A stretch of DNA of 63,994 nt, the filler included, from Streblomastix strix (Eukaryota), in the NCBI GenBank assembly GCA_008636045.1. It is 4 parts of 4 records of this genome, joined end to end, with 100 filler letters (N's around TTAATTAATTAA, not from the genome) between each part and the next. Parts side by side here need not be neighbours in the genome. Positions count along the whole stretch, not along the records: positions 32,641 to 48,858 come from SNRW01000855.1; positions 48,959 to 63,994 come from SNRW01001045.1; 2 more parts are not named here. The stretch is one strand, 5' to 3'. The translations under genes and the position numbers were made by a program. The notes beneath the pieces were generated by a model, which made no database searches, was not told the origin of the DNA, and worked only from the letters and a program-made list of their open reading frames with translations. Below are positions 44,399 through 60,200 of the stretch, piece after piece. How positions within the stretch are numbered: the stretch's first letter is position 1; each line of letters starts with the position of its first letter.

Positions 44399-45061
44399 TT
44401 ATAAATAGTTTGAATTTATTCCATTTCACTTCTTTTACTAATTTTTAGAGTGATTTAAACTTTCTTTTTTTATAACAATTTATTTCATTTATTCTTACTA
44501 CTTATTTTGATTTTTAATTCCCTGATAAAATAAATATCTATGCTATAAGGGAAAGGAATCGATAAATTAAACAACCTTCTTTTATTGTCTGCTATTCGAT
44601 ATCAAAAATTCTTCTTCAGCAAATTTTTTTTTGAATTAGTTTCTAGAATATATTCACGATATATTTTAAACTTATTTATTTGATCAATATTTAATAAATT
44701 TAATTATTGATATTAGTTATTTGTTTTTAATGCAATTTCCTGAGAATTTCCTACAATTTGCTGAATATCGCATAACTATCCAATTTTAGTTTATTAATTC
44801 GATATAATGTTAATTTTTTGAATTAGTTATATATACTAATATTTTCTATCTATTAACTAATAATAATAATAATAAATTTTCAAAGCCTAAATGCTGAATC
44901 TTTTTTTTTCTTTAAAAAAAATCGTTTTTCTTGCTTTTTTTTAGTTTAAAATATCTATTATCTGTATATTTAAACTTAATTAGTTTAATTAAATAATAAT
45001 ATTGAAACAAATAGTAAATTTTCTTTACACATTTTTTCTTTCACTCTATTTTAGTTTTCGC

Positions 45062-46929
45062 ATGTCTGAAATTCCAACTAATTTCTAGCTAAATTCCAAA
45101 GAAGTGTTTTAAGCTCTTGGCATGAACATATCTGGTATTAGTGAATATAACTAAGAACTTATTGCAACTTTCCTTGCTTAAAGTGCTCACTCTATCAAAA
45201 ACGCACTCATACATCATGAAAGTGAATCGAATATTGATTCAAAACTTGCTGATTTATTTTCTTTAACATCCGAACAAGCATCAAAAATTAGTGCGCCATT
45301 CCATCTAATTTTGTGTATGCATCAATTTTTTATTTTCCTCCCTTTTTTTTATAAAATAATATTAAATTTGTAAATTCGTTTCTTATACGAATAGAAGATG
45401 ATGAAGGAGATGTGAATAGTTTGATAGATCCTAATAAATAATAAGGAAAGAATTAGTAATAATAGTAGAAGAAGTAGAAGAAGAAAGACAATAAAATGGA
45501 AAGTGATGAATCCAGTTCTGAATCTGATTCATCATCAAATTCATCTTCATCATCATCTTCAGATGAGAAGAGAAGTTCATATAGTGAATCTGATGAATAT
45601 ATTAGCATGGCTTAAAAGTAAGTTCCAATTTCAGGAAGGATTCGAAAGTCTTAAGGAAAATTCAGTATATGAATGAAATATGTTAATATATAATTTTTTA
45701 TAGTTTATATCTTTTCAATTTTTATATATAATTATCGTATAAGTGAAAATACCATTCAATCTTAAAGGAGTAACAGGTGTTACATAAGTAGGAAACTTAA
45801 TAACAGTGTAAACATCCACTCAAAATTCAATATTCCTTAATAAAATATTTAATAAAGGGGTTTGGAAAATGTATGAAAATAGAAATAATTGAAATAATAA
45901 TACAAATTGTTAATAAATATAATTTCTTAGATTTATTTTTTAATACTAATATTTATAATTTAGTTACTTTTAAATTATAAGTGGAATTATTGGTACTTCA
46001 GGTTTATTTATTAATTTTTATATTTGAATTGTTTGACAAAATGAATTAATATATTAATTAATATATAAGTATTTATTATTTCTATATTTTTAATAATATT
46101 ATAACTTAGCTATCGGTGTTGCTGATGTTTGTTTATTTGAATTTATTATATTGCAATTTATGCTATTTTTATTTCATATTTAAATATTTTTCTTTAAATA
46201 ATATGATTTAATAAATACAAATAGTCATCATTAAGCGATAACAGCAGTTATTTGGGATTTAGCAGACAAGGAATGCACTATGCAAGTGGGTTTATTTATT
46301 TTATATTTATTTTATACAACTTTTTTATACAACTTTTATATACAACTTATAATACAATTTTTTTATACAACTTTTTTATCTTCCTAAATCATTTTTAAAT
46401 ATAGCGGTTCGTTCTTCTCATGCGGTAAAGGAGCAACTGGAAACAAGTCGATTTAAATAAATGACATAATTGGATTTGAAATTGACATGATCGTATGATT
46501 ATATATATAATTAGTAAACAATTGGAAATTAATTTTAATATTTTTAACTCTCGATATATTTTATTATATATATTATATATTTATATTCAGTCACATCGCA
46601 TTTATTTCTTCCACACATTCCAACAGCAGCCAGCATGTATTATCAACACACCAGCAAGTTTGAAAGTTGGGGCATGAACAAATAACAGAAAATATTAATA
46701 AGAGTAATTATTTAATTAATATTATTTAATTGTAACAAAAACTCAATTAAATTATATTACCAAATTAATTTTCAGTAACTTTCATCTTATTAATTTTTTA
46801 ATTATTTATCTGCAGATAACTTATGGAAATGCTTTGAATACTCAATACAAAGTTGTAGCTATATACAAACTCAAGAAACCATTGGCCGATCCTAAAAAAT
46901 CTCCGACTGTTAAAACTTGGTCTTCATGA
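45062..46929 (+). CDS. Multi-exon gene with acidic linker and C-terminal SPRY/B30.2-like domain
   Basis: Exons read MSEIPTNFQL..., NSIFLNKIFNKGVWK, IGVAD, GNKSIQINDIIGFEIDMI, HRIYFFHTFQQQPACIINTPASLKVG, ITYG...KTWSS*; separated by AT-rich introns ending in AG. Confidence 0.65.
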
Positions 46930-47687
46930 AATAAGAGAAAATGAAAATTAGAATCAAAACATCATTAAACAATATTTGTAAAGAACAAAGAAAGAGTTAA
47001 TATGTGATTATTAAATAGTAAAGTTTATTTTCATTTAATGTAATAATCAATATAAATGTTCCTTATACAATGAAAATATCTCTCTCATAGCTATTTCACA
47101 TAAATTTGATATTTTAAAACATAAAATATAATTATTAATTTCTCACTTGTTTATAATGAAATTTTATATTCTCTAACGTTCATACATTTACTTAATCATT
47201 GCTGTATTTCATAAAATATTTCAGTGAATTGATTTTATTGAATTTAATCATCAGTTTTCATTAACAATATATAATTAATGTAAAGTTTAATAAAATTTTT
47301 AATTTCCACTCATCTTTTAATTCATTTTTTTTTTACTAATTATTTTTATTTTTAAATTTCACTAAAATAATTAACTCAAAACTTAGTATCAAACAAAATT
47401 ATTACAAAATTGATGTTTTATTAGATCAAAGATGTTTATTCTTTTCATTAACACTCATTTAAAAACTAAAATAAATTACTGTTTTGAAATGAACAAATCA
47501 AATATTATTAAACTTACAATTTAAATTATATTGATTATTATATTATTTGAATTATTGCTTTCAAATGAATTTTCATCTTATTCATCATTAATAATTCAAT
47601 ATTATACACAATTTAAAATATTTCTAATGACATTTAACTATTATTACACTCTTATTACTTTCTTTTTTAATTTCAATAATTCTAATT

Positions 47688-48858
47688 TCACAGTTAATTA
47701 TTTGAAGAATCTTAATAGATATTATTCATTTCATCCTTTGCATTTTCAGCCCAAAATGCCAACCTATTAAACCTCATCTAAAAGCGGTATAAATGAGCTT
47801 CTATTCCTTCAATACCCCCTTCCAATTCAATTTCTTCATTTACAACCAATCTAATGTCTTTAGGAAAATTAATTTAACCTGTTTTTTCATTCAATTTATC
47901 GAATACATATTTAATATTATATAATTCACTTATAATTACCCTGTCGCTTTATTCAACATTTCTTCCTCTATTTCCAACTTCTTAAATCTGTGCTTATATG
48001 TATTAATGATCATTTACAATCATTTATTTTATTTCATTTGATGCATTCAGAAAAATATTACACAAACAATTGTTACTCAATACTCTAATTTTTTCAAATT
48101 AATTATCAATTTTCATTATTCCAACTCTTTTTCTATTATTTTTGCTAAGTTTACTGAGTGTTTGAAGGAGAATTAAATTAGACTCTGCTTATTTACAAAA
48201 TGGAGAATTATAAAAAAGAAGATTTTAAAGAATATATAAAGCTCCATCAACTACAATTTGTGATTAGAAGGAGAGATCTTTTAATATTGAAGAAGTTGAA
48301 TGATATTTGAAATCTTACTTAAATATATTTGAAGCATTTTCAGCGAATGAAATTATGATTGGAACAATATGTTAATAAACTTAACTATAATCAAGAAGAT
48401 CTCTGATATTGCCATAGAACGATGCTACTAATTATTTAAGTATTTTATAAACAACTACTAGAAGTTCATGAATAAATTCATTTTCAGATAAGGTGATATA
48501 TTGAGGACAGTTTAGAGAAGGATTACAGTTCAAATGAATCAGAGGTGGTATTATCTCATAAATTTTAAAATTAATAATAATTTCTGTTTCATTATAATAA
48601 TTTTCCATAATATTATTGATTGCTTTTAATGATCTTATTCCTATTTTGATTTCATTTTCTATATTACTATTTTCTCCTGTCAATTATTTTCCAATAATTT
48701 TATATTCATCAGATAATTAAATAATTCTCCGAGTTAATTATTTGATATGTGATGATAGAATTTATCCATATTATTTACAAATATTACTTTCAAGTTCTTT
48801 ATGTTTGTTGATGAAAGATATTGTCTAAGCAAGTTGGAGAATTGATTCTGATTATTTA
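47688..48858 (-). CDS. ARM-like helical protein, 5' truncated
   Basis: Open with TAR=Gln: IIPPLIHLNC...IRVLSNNCLCNIF...VNEEIELEGGIEGIEAHLY...; TGA 47688-47690. Confidence 0.7.
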
Positions 48859-48958
48859 NNNNNNNNNNNNNNNNNNNNNNNNNNNNNNNNNNNNNNNNNN
48901 NNTTAATTAATTAANNNNNNNNNNNNNNNNNNNNNNNNNNNNNNNNNNNNNNNNNNNN
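48859..48958. other. Artificial contig linker
   Basis: N run with TTAATTAATTAA. Confidence 0.95.
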
Positions 48959-49684
48959 CACTTACATTTTTAACTGAATTAAGAAAATATGCATTTAAAA
49001 TAAAAGTCAGAATAATTATTTATAAATGTTATATTGGCAGGTGTGTATGGCACGTGTTAATCTTAAGAGGAGGGATTTGATAAGGAAAAATAAGTGCATT
49101 ATCTTCCTATTTATTAGATGCTGTATATAATATATTAATACACTTGAATGTATATTAAACAATGTTAGCTTTGTATCAGATGGTTGTTAAATTTGGAATG
49201 TAGATTTTTAGGATCAAAAAAGTATTGTTCATGAATTTTAATTCGATGGCAGTTAGACTATTGAATTCAAGATCAGAACCATCTCTGGTTTGTCCGACAG
49301 AATTGTCTAGGGAGATAAAGCACCACAAGATAGGGGTGTTGGAAGGAAATAGTCCCCCAAACACGCGTAAAGGATAAAAATCCTTTTTTCTAGGCTAGAT
49401 AATAGTAAGAATCTATTGTTTTTATACAATCATAATCGAATGTATAGTTTTGATGTTTGTTTGATGGAGAAATTCGATAATTTCAAAAAAAATTCGTTTG
49501 AGTTAATTATAGATAATATTTTTGATTCGTGTATAAAATTAGACGAAACATGCAAAAATAATTTAAAAAATGAAATAGCAATGCATAAATACTCACAAAA
49601 AGTGAAAACTTGAGCGATCTGGCAGATAGATAGATTCCAAAGTTTTTCGTGGTAACACTCATTATTATTAACTTTATTTAATTA

Positions 49685-50212
<528 letters not shown>

Positions 50213-50762
50213 ATAATATTATTCATTTATTGTATTTGTTGAATATAGGTTGAATATGCAATATTATTATTAAAAATGCTTTATATTATTCTAAATTCAA
50301 ATAATTATTCTTAAAACAACAATTAATAAAACATGGGCTGAGTTAATTAACAAAAACTTATATCAACCCTTAGGGAACATACTTTTTAAGTAAAATAGCT
50401 AAAAATTAAAGAATAATATTTTTTATTGGATATTTAACAACATTAGCATATTTTATAATTGTTCATATTCCTATTCGAAGATTTGAAATTTTATTTTGAT
50501 AAATCGAGTATTTACACAAAATCTCTAAGCAGAAATGAATATTATGGATATATTTTATTTGATGAATCAAATCTACTAATAATACATATTGTTTGAAATT
50601 TAATTTTGTACATCCATTTGTTTGATTTGCTTTGCTTTTTTGTTTTAAACTTTGCTTTATTATTTATTCGTCAATCTATTTTTCATTTTATATTTATTTA
50701 TCTTTATTTCTTTCACCTTTTTTTATTGTTTTCTTCCATATATTTAAAGATTAAATTATTTA

Positions 50763-53700
50763 ATGATCTAAGCAGCCAATAATTTTTTTGTTCAAGAAAT
50801 TGCATATAATCCTCTTGTTGCAATGTTATTTCTAGACAAAGAAATTTCGAGATTTGTACTTTCATTAGGAAAAAATATAGTGATTTTTGTTCCATTAACA
50901 TCTTCATTATAATTAACACCGATTAATCAACAATTTCTTAACAATCATGTAGGTATCATAGATAATGAAAATATTATTCTACTAAACAGTGCAGTTGTAC
51001 AAATTTAGGAGAATATTGTATCATATATTTTTGAATCATAAAAAGAAAATATTCTTAAGCTCTGCTCTGGTAAATTACATATCATTAATCCATAGAATTA
51101 AGGCAAGATTCCAGGATAAGTTGAATTTCATCTTATTATTATATAGCATTAGTTTTCAACCACGCAATTTTCTCCATTATCTGTTAGAACAAATATCACT
51201 GTGGATGAAGAATAAAAATCTGAAATGAATACAGAAGTATCTTTTATTTCACAAATAGACTTTCATATCTCCATAAAACCATAAGCAACAGAAGGAACCA
51301 TTATTGATTTAATGGATATTATACCACAAGATAAAGTAGTATATCAAGGATTCTAATAGAAATTGCTTGATACTGTTTCTAACTAAAATAAAACCATATC
51401 AAAAGTCAATTTACAAAATTTTAATACATTTGTTCACATAAATGGTGCTCGAGTTATTCTTTGTTAATAAATTAATCAATTATTCAAAATTTAATCTAGT
51501 GAAAAAAATGAAAATACTTAATAATCATCAGCATTTTTAGGAATATTTCACAATTTAGTGAGAAAAACTATTCCAAATTTAATTGGATTTACTCAGAACA
51601 TTATTTAAATGCCATTTAAAACACTTCATAAACAGAAAACATTGTCAGAAGTTACAAAAATTGAATAGAATATAGTCATTGCCCATGCACATAAAGGAAA
51701 ATGGAATTAACACATGAAAACATAATCAATTGATATCTAAAACCATGAAGGCTAATAAATAAAAAATATTAAATCAAATTAATCAATATAGTTTCATATA
51801 GCCGCAGGTCATTGGGTACATTTTTAAAGTAATATTGACATACAAATGAACAATGACAATAACATTGAAACATAACAAATGGAATATTGGAATGAGACTT
51901 AAGATCATATTATGAGGAATGATTTTCATCCAAAACAATCAAGTATCAATTCTCCCTTAATAGTACATCGATAATATTTTGAGAATGATATTTGTGACTG
52001 CGAATATAAAATGAAAAATAAATTGCATAGAACTGATTCTAGAGGCTTCATTTATCAAGGGAGATGATTAACAGATAAAAGTTAAAATATTGTAAATACA
52101 AACACAATAACACCAGTTGCAGAACTAATAGCATCTTGTAATACATAAATCCTTAAATCTTCAATAGGTAGCAAAGAAGAATAATAAAATACAAATAAAC
52201 CAGATTTAGATATATCGTTGCCAGATATTATAATTGGTAATTTAGAATTAATAATGAATAAATTGATGATAGAAAAATATGAAAAATTTAAAAATATATC
52301 AGAAAATCGGAATTTAATCATTAAAAGTGGTTTATTAAATTCACATATTGATAAATAAATAAAAGTATAATCAAATTAAACAATGAACAATAATAATTAA
52401 TTTAAGTGTCATAATTAACATTAATACCATTCAATAACTTAATCACCAGAAAATTATTTCACGGAAGGTATTTGTGATGATATTAATAGTATAGTAAATT
52501 TATGCTTTAATACTAATCAACAATTTACTTCATTAATTAATCCAAATCAATCTTCTTCATCAACAACACAAATCAACAATCCTGATATTTAACAACAAAC
52601 ACTTTTTTATCGCATAATGTATGTAACTAAAGAAGCGTTATATTCTATTAATTCATTATTATAATCGATTGCTGACGACCATTTAGAAAAGATAAAGTAA
52701 GATTGTTTCACTGAACTTTATTAGCCTTCAGAGAAAAGTTTCAGGAAATTACTTTCTTAACTCACACAATAACAAAATATATTTCCATCTATTTATTCCA
52801 CACAAAGATGTTCACCTCAACCAAATAGCTCTTCAAATTCATAATTTCATTCTTCTAATTCAAAATCTCCTCCTCATTCAAAATCTCCTCCTTTCAAATC
52901 TACATCTTTTAGATCTCTTCACAATATACCATATTTAGTATTACCATACAATCCTATTCAATTCAAACCATTATTAACATCTCTAACAAGATCTCTGCGT
53001 TAAATTATATTGTCATTTTTTAATTGGATAAGAAAAATAGTTCGTGACTATGCATAAAGATAAATAAATGGATTATTATAGAAAAGAGAGAAGAATATAT
53101 ATGATATAAATTAAAATAAAAATAAAAAAAATTAACATAAAGATAATTAACATAATTAAGAAGTAATAAAATAAGAAGACATAGATAATATTATGGATTA
53201 AATAGAATAATAAGCTTTACATTTCGGTGAATCAATAATTTTTAAATCATTTTCAAATCAACTCTGGAAGATTACTTTATTTGCTAATAATGATGATTCT
53301 CTTCATTGATTACTTTCTTCATTTTCCACTTGAGTTGAAGCAGTGAAACATATTGGTGTTATGCATTAAGTGATGAATATAAGTGATGAATAATAATTTA
53401 TTTAAACTGAAGTTAATGATGCAAATAAACTTAATAACGATGTGAAGGAAGATTTGTTAGAAATTGGCTAATAACCTGATTAATCTTAATAATCATTAGA
53501 CTCAATCAAATAAAAACTTATTAAATCGCAACCTTATATTTCATAAAGGAGTTTATAGCTTTTTGCACAAGCAATTGAGATTATGAATACAATAGAAACA
53601 TAAATTTGTCCATACCAAAAACTTGAAGTTTTTTAAAGAGTTAAAAATATTGCAAGGGATATCATCCTTCTTGCAAAGCATCAATCAAAAATTAATAAAG

Positions 53701-56317
53701 ATACTGAATCTAATATAGAAAATGAATAATAATAATAATTTGAATATATCTCTCCAGATGAAATATTTCCTTTATATATTTTTATTGTCCTGAATGCTAA
53801 TATCCCACATATTATTTCTTCTATAGTCAATATATCTACTTTTTCTAGTCTGAATTTATCGTTTTATGGAAATTAAACACATATGCTCTTTGCAGACTTG
53901 TAGGCAATCATTAATTTTCTATCCTAAATCTACAGGAAATTACTTTTGGATGAAAAAGAAATAGTTTTTGATGAAAAAGAAAAGAATTTCAGTGAAATTG
54001 GTATTAAAGAGCGATGGGCACACAGAACACATAAANNNNNNNNNNNNNNNNNNNNNNNNNNNNNNNNNNNNNNNNNNNNNNNNNNNNNNNNNNNNNNNNN
54101 NNNNNNNNNNNNNNNNNNNNNNNNNNNNNNNNNNNCATTAATTTTCTATCCTAAATCTACAGGAAATTACTTTTGGATGAAAAAGAAATAGTTTTTGATG
54201 AAAAAGAAAAGAATTTCAGTGAAATTGGTATTAAAGAGCGATGGGCACACAGAACACATAAAGTAATACGAAATAATATTGAATAGAATTAATAATAACG
54301 AAAAAAAATACTGCGACAATAAATGAAAGAGAAATAAATATAATTGGAATTAGAAAAACAAAGAGAGTAATAAATTTAACTGTTTAAAATAATGGGGAAG
54401 AAAATTGGAAAATAAAATTAGAAATTTAAAAACAAATTGCAAAATAAAGATTATTTACAAGTTAATGTATTACTTAATTAATCATCTGATGAATATATAG
54501 ATGAATTAGCATAAAAAATAGAAATAGATGAAGAATAAGATGAATAAGAAAAAGAAATAGAGTTTAATGAGAAGAACGAGTATTATGAGAAAATTGAAAA
54601 TGAATAAGCTATATAATAAAAGGAAGAAGATTGGTATGTAAAATAATTATAAAGAATTCATCCACTTGTAAAAGAGGCTCTTACAGAAGCTGATTTTGTG
54701 ATTGAGATGGAAACTGGAGAAGTTGTTGATATGAAGTAAATTAAAACAATCCTCAATGAATTTGTATAAAATAAAAACGAATAAAGAAAAGAATCATTTT
54801 CTGTCACACCTCAGCCATAATCTTCACCCTTCAATTCATTAGAAAGAAGCAGTAAACTTCATGAAAATATCTCTGACAATACTGATTTCTTGAAGCAATC
54901 AATAACAATGTTGATATAATAATCATCATAAAAAACTTATGAATAGAGGTTATAAAGAATTTAAATATTAACACAGCAAGTGTAATCTTCAGATAAGAAG
55001 AGAAGAAGAATTGTGATATTCTCCAAAATTTATGATTAACTTTTTGCAATTCTTAAATTCTAACGAGAAACAGTTATATAAAAATCATCTCTATCTTCTC
55101 TCAAATCTTCAAGAGTTTAATTTTAATAAAAAGATATTGAATAGCTAACAGCAGCTTTGAATCAGATTTGTGAATTGATATGTATAATATCCAAAATAAT
55201 TTCATATAAAAAATATTGGAAAAAGAAAGATAATATAAATTGTACAGATCTTTTAAATGAAATTCATGAATCTATTCTAATTATTCCTCTTCAATCTGTC
55301 AATAGCAACCACATTGATTCTTTAATTTATTTAACACTGATGAATATACACAATTTGAAATTATTGGCAAAGATTTCCTCAACATTAACATATTTATTAC
55401 AGATTAATGAAGAAAAGTTGCAAAATAACGCACTTTATGGAATATTAAAGATTATTGATATGACTGATATAATTTCCATATAGCAATGCAATTAGATTGA
55501 GACTGATTCTGAAAATTATAATAATTATTAACTTTACAAATACCTTGAGGATAATGTTGTATTGGATTAGTTGCATGAAGTAATCAGATCCAACTTGAAA
55601 AATAGAACAAAAAGTTTATCAATCAGAATTTTAAGTCATTATTACAAAGAAATAAGCACAATTGATTTTACATTAGAATATCTTTTACAACAAATTCATT
55701 CAATTTAAAATTTTAATAATGAAAACTTGGATATTTTTTCAAATCTACTTGAATCCCTGAAAACATTATCCTTATTTCCAGGAAATCACAAATTTATTAT
55801 AAATAATGCTCTCAAAATTATCATCTCTCATCTTTTTTCTAAATAAATTCAATTCTAAAACATATCATTATCTACAATCATCATTCTTTTATAAAGTGGT
55901 GGTGAAGACACAAGAAAAACTTTATCAATAACTATAGAGAATGTAAAACAGTTGGTGAAAACAAACAACCATGATTAATATTTCATATCTACTAAGGCAG
56001 AGAAACTACTTGCTTTAATAATTGACCCAGAAACAATATGTAGACTTCTGGAGATACGCAATAGTGCTATAAACATTGTTATTTAAAGGGATAAAAATAA
56101 AGATAAATAACAAATTGAATTATTACAACATGATGTTGAAGAAATAATGCAGAGAATTGCAAAGAATGATGACATGCTGGGAGGATATCATTTATGCAGT
56201 TAGATAATTGATCTTCTAAAAAGAATAGAAAAAAAAGGAAGCATATAAAGAAATGTTTAGTAAGGAATAAGAAAAAATAAAATAGTAATTAAAAAAGGTG
56301 ATTAAAAGGAAACATGA
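50763..56317 (+). CDS. VPS9-domain Rab GEF with VARP-like N-terminus, coiled coil and helical (ARM-like) C-terminus
   Basis: N-terminus AYNPLVAML...IVIFVPLTSSLQLTPINQQFLNNHV; VPS9 core CPYQKLEVF...ISPDEIFPLYIFIVLNANIPHI...LFADLQAIINFL (about 53560-53930); frame continues across the 54035-54135 gap, whose flanks overlap. Confidence 0.8.
54035..54135. other. Scaffold gap with overlapping flanks
   Basis: 53909-54034 is repeated at 54136-54261, so the gap is probably closable. Confidence 0.85.
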
Positions 56318-56445
56318 TTAAAATCAGTTATTGCTCTATTTATGAAATGGGAAAATTAGAGTAAAATAAACAAACACAATAACAATAAATAAATTATTAT
56401 TTAAAGTGCATAACAACAAAATATAAAATAAAATTGATTTTTTAT

Positions 56446-56903
56446 TCATTCTTTTTCCTTCTTCTTTACTTCATATTCATGTTCATCGTTTGCAGCATTT
56501 CGATGCATCTGTCGAAGTAGATGGCCAAGATCAGGTTAAATTATATCCATTTTCCAGTTATTTCGCATTTCAGTTCTATTACAATAAATAAAAAAAGGGA
56601 TATTATTGTCATTAGTATACTGGATTGAAAATATTTATACAGTTGATCAGGAGTAAAAAATTAAGGCAAATCTGTATCAAATGAGCAGAATTCTTCGGGT
56701 GCAAACAGCGGAATTTCAGCAAAATTCTCTTCTATTTATTATTATTATACTTATATCTGTATTGATTATTCTTTTCGTTTTTCAGAATTATGCTTCAGAT
56801 TAGTTTTATCTGTTTTTTGCAAACTTGATAAATCAGATGCCTTATCTACATGCTGAGCAATTTCTGCCCATGGAGCAGCAATCTAAAACTATTCACTCAT
56901 CAT
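56446..56903 (-). CDS. Small hypothetical protein, about 130 aa, one intron
   Basis: MMSEQFQIAAPWAEIAQHVDK...; removing a 65-nt GT-AG intron (56576-56640) restores the frame to ...EVKKKEKE*. Confidence 0.6.
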
Positions 56904-57205
56904 TCAATAACTATAAATTAAAAAATTGAAACAAAAGATGAAAAATCACAAGTTTATTCAAATATAATAAGAGAATATGAAGGAAAATAATAAATAAAAG
57001 GCAAAAAAGCAAAAAGATGATATTTCTTGATTGAGTAATTTATATTTAATAAAAAATTAATATTAAAATAATGAGAATAACGTGATTTACTAGATTATTG
57101 TAAAATATAGAAAATATAAATTCAAAATATCAGTATTTTCTCTGAATTTGGACATGCAACAAGTCAAACGAGATTATATAAGATAGAACAATAGATCGAA
57201 TTATA

Positions 57206-60200
57206 ATGATTAATATAGGTATTATTTAATAAAATATTGAAGATATTGGACTTAACATAGGAGATCTGGCTGAAATATTAGTAATAATCAAAAACAACTC
57301 AAATTTACTGCGTTTGTACTTCGATAACCTGAATCATAAATAAAGTATATGTATCTAGCATAGTGAATATAATATTTCTATTGATAACGCATAATAGTAT
57401 ATTGTTGACTCTATATTCCTTTTTGGCTCCCAATATTGTTCTGAAGCTTAGAAATTTCTAAGTGAATGGAGGGAAAAGGAAATTTAAAGCGAAATAAAGT
57501 TCATTTCTATTAGTGATTTAATTGGAGTAACGCATCAGCTTGCTCACTATATGCACAGGTTTTTATCTGATAATCGTAATTTTAAAACTAAAATTGGAAC
57601 AAAAGAACCAAATCCATCGCAAATCATTAATGGTCCATAAAATAAATAACTCAAACAACAACAGTAATAATCGCAAACAATAGTCAATAATTAAATGCAT
57701 GAATGTAATTCTATTGAGGATAATTAATTTTATTTTTTCTAAGAAATTCCAGCTGTTATAAACGAAATTTTATTGGTCCTTTAATTATAAAATTAAATAA
57801 AGAATAATGATCTTTCCGAATAATTCAATGGCTTCAATTTTGATTCGTTGCAACCTAATATCTTAGACACATCATTATTTGATCTTGAATAATGCATGGC
57901 TTGGTAAAGTTCTAGAATGCTTATTTAAAATCTTTTTATAAATGGAATGAAAGCTGATTTATTTCTTACATTAATAGAAAATTATCAAGAAGATCAAAAT
58001 TCAAATATTTAACAAAAAAGTACAGATAAAATTATAATTAATGATTAATAAAATATTATTTACAAATTCTTTGGAGCTAATTATCCTGTTTCACTTCTTT
58101 AATCAAACTCTTCGATAATAAATTAGCTTCAACTTCATCATGAATAAACATAATAATAATCTTTAGATATGAAATAAAAGGAGACTGAAAATATTATTAA
58201 ATCAGACATTTAAAATGATATAAATGAAATTTTTTGTCAATCGATTCAAAGATTATTTATTTTTATTATATCAAATAGTATAGCTTCTTAATTACTTCAT
58301 GAAAGTCATTTTCATGAAGAGATTATTTAATCTTAATCACAATTAGAATATCCTTAAAATGAATAAATTAACTTAATAAATAATTAAGCAATTTAAATTC
58401 AATAACAAAGAACTTCAATATCTACTAAGTATATTTAATACCTTTCAAACTCTTATAACTTATAAGGAAAAGAAGCAATGTTACAGCTTTGGAATTATTC
58501 TTCATAAACCACCTCCTCTTCTTCTAATATAAATCCAGTTCTAAATAAACGACCTTCATAGATGATAATAAGTTTAATAAGAAACTATTAAAAATTGGCG
58601 TTTCAAATGTCATATAATGAAGATAAACAAAATAAAAAAGCCAGAATTAAAAATGTAATTCGAATTTTAAATCAAGAGATAGCATCAGCAGTTTCTTTAT
58701 TAGAAAAAAAGAAAGTGGATATTTCAGATAAAGAAATAATTCTTGAATAAAGCTAATGGAATATGATTGACCTTAGAAATGATTCACAAATTAGTCAAAC
58801 ATTAAAATATTATAAATCTCTTATAATATTTGAACTTGAAAACATTCTTAACTCTGATATTATTCCTAAGTTAGAATAAATGAAATAATTCCTCATTTAA
58901 ATGATTAATTTACCTAACGCATCAAATAAAGTTGATGCTAGTTCACTCACATTATAAACTTCATTAGAAATAATTCAAAATTAGAAAATCAATTCATCTT
59001 CTTCCCAAAACGAAAATATTATTTCTCTTACATGGAAATAACTCAATTATTTTCTTTCTACTTTTGTTATTTCGAACTGTCTTTAATGTAGAAAAGTTAG
59101 ATTAGCTCTAAAAACACTTAGAACAATTAATTCATTTATTGATCGTCTTTCTCTTATAAATTTATTCATTGTTGATTATAAATCTTTTATATAGTAAAAA
59201 GATGAACAATCATAGAAAGAAGAAAACAATGCAAATAATATATAACTTAATTGTTATCTTGAAAATGAAATAGGATTATTTTTGAATGAAAATATTATTC
59301 CAAATTAGCTATATTATAAGATTGAATAAATGGTATAAGATATTGAAACTTCATTAATATAACGAATATCCTCTCCAGCTTCAGATTCTTAAACACATGA
59401 AATAATTGAATAAAGTTCCAAAGATAATAATTTTGGGGAAAATGAATGCATAATATAGTCTGTTGAATGTTTTGGATCTGCTCGTTCACTACTTTTAACT
59501 CCTTAATCTGATGTGGATATTGTTATCCTAACAAAAGATTGTGGATATAGACCCAAGACAATTAGTTGTTCAATCACAGATGACAATATTAATTATATAT
59601 ATTAATAGAGCAACAATCTTTAATAAGGAGAATAATCAAATAAATTTAAAGCAATAAATTAAGAAGGATGTGAAAAAATAAATGATGAAGATAGTTTTAC
59701 TGTTTTTAATCACCCTTGTATTAATTCTCTTTGGACACCTGGATAAGAACTGAAAATTACCCGATATTTTCCTCATTAATTCAGAAATTAAGCAATTACT
59801 TAACATCGAAAAAGACATAGGTAGCGTAAAAGATAGAAAAAATAAGATTTGATGAACTAAAATGATGATCATGAAGATGAATGTGTTTAATAAATTGATG
59901 ATAATTAAAAATCAAATGATAAAATTAAATAGAATAATGATGATAGAATTGATATACAAAGTGATGAATTATTAACTATAGATCATCAATAGACAACATC
60001 TTCAATTAATAACTCCAATTTAAACGTCCATGATTAAAATTAAAAATATGATATTGAATAGTTGGCATTTAATCTGCAGCAATCAAATACTCATATAAAC
60101 ATAATGAATATTATTTCGAATGCAAGGATTCCTGTAATCAAAATAATATATGATTTTGAATATATTAATTCTATTATTGAATAATAATAAAAAATATATA

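Noticed and set aside
46310..46380. Short TTTTATACAAC tandem repeat
   Set aside because: Intronic slippage repeat with no evidence of function
49150..49465. Plus-strand open stretch (NVSFVSDGCQIWNVDF...)
   Set aside because: No clear start, splice structure or recognisable domain; may be a gene remnant but cannot be supported
53909..54261. Tandem duplication inside the VPS9 gene
   Set aside because: Identical 126-bp overlap on both sides of an N gap; an unmerged assembly overlap
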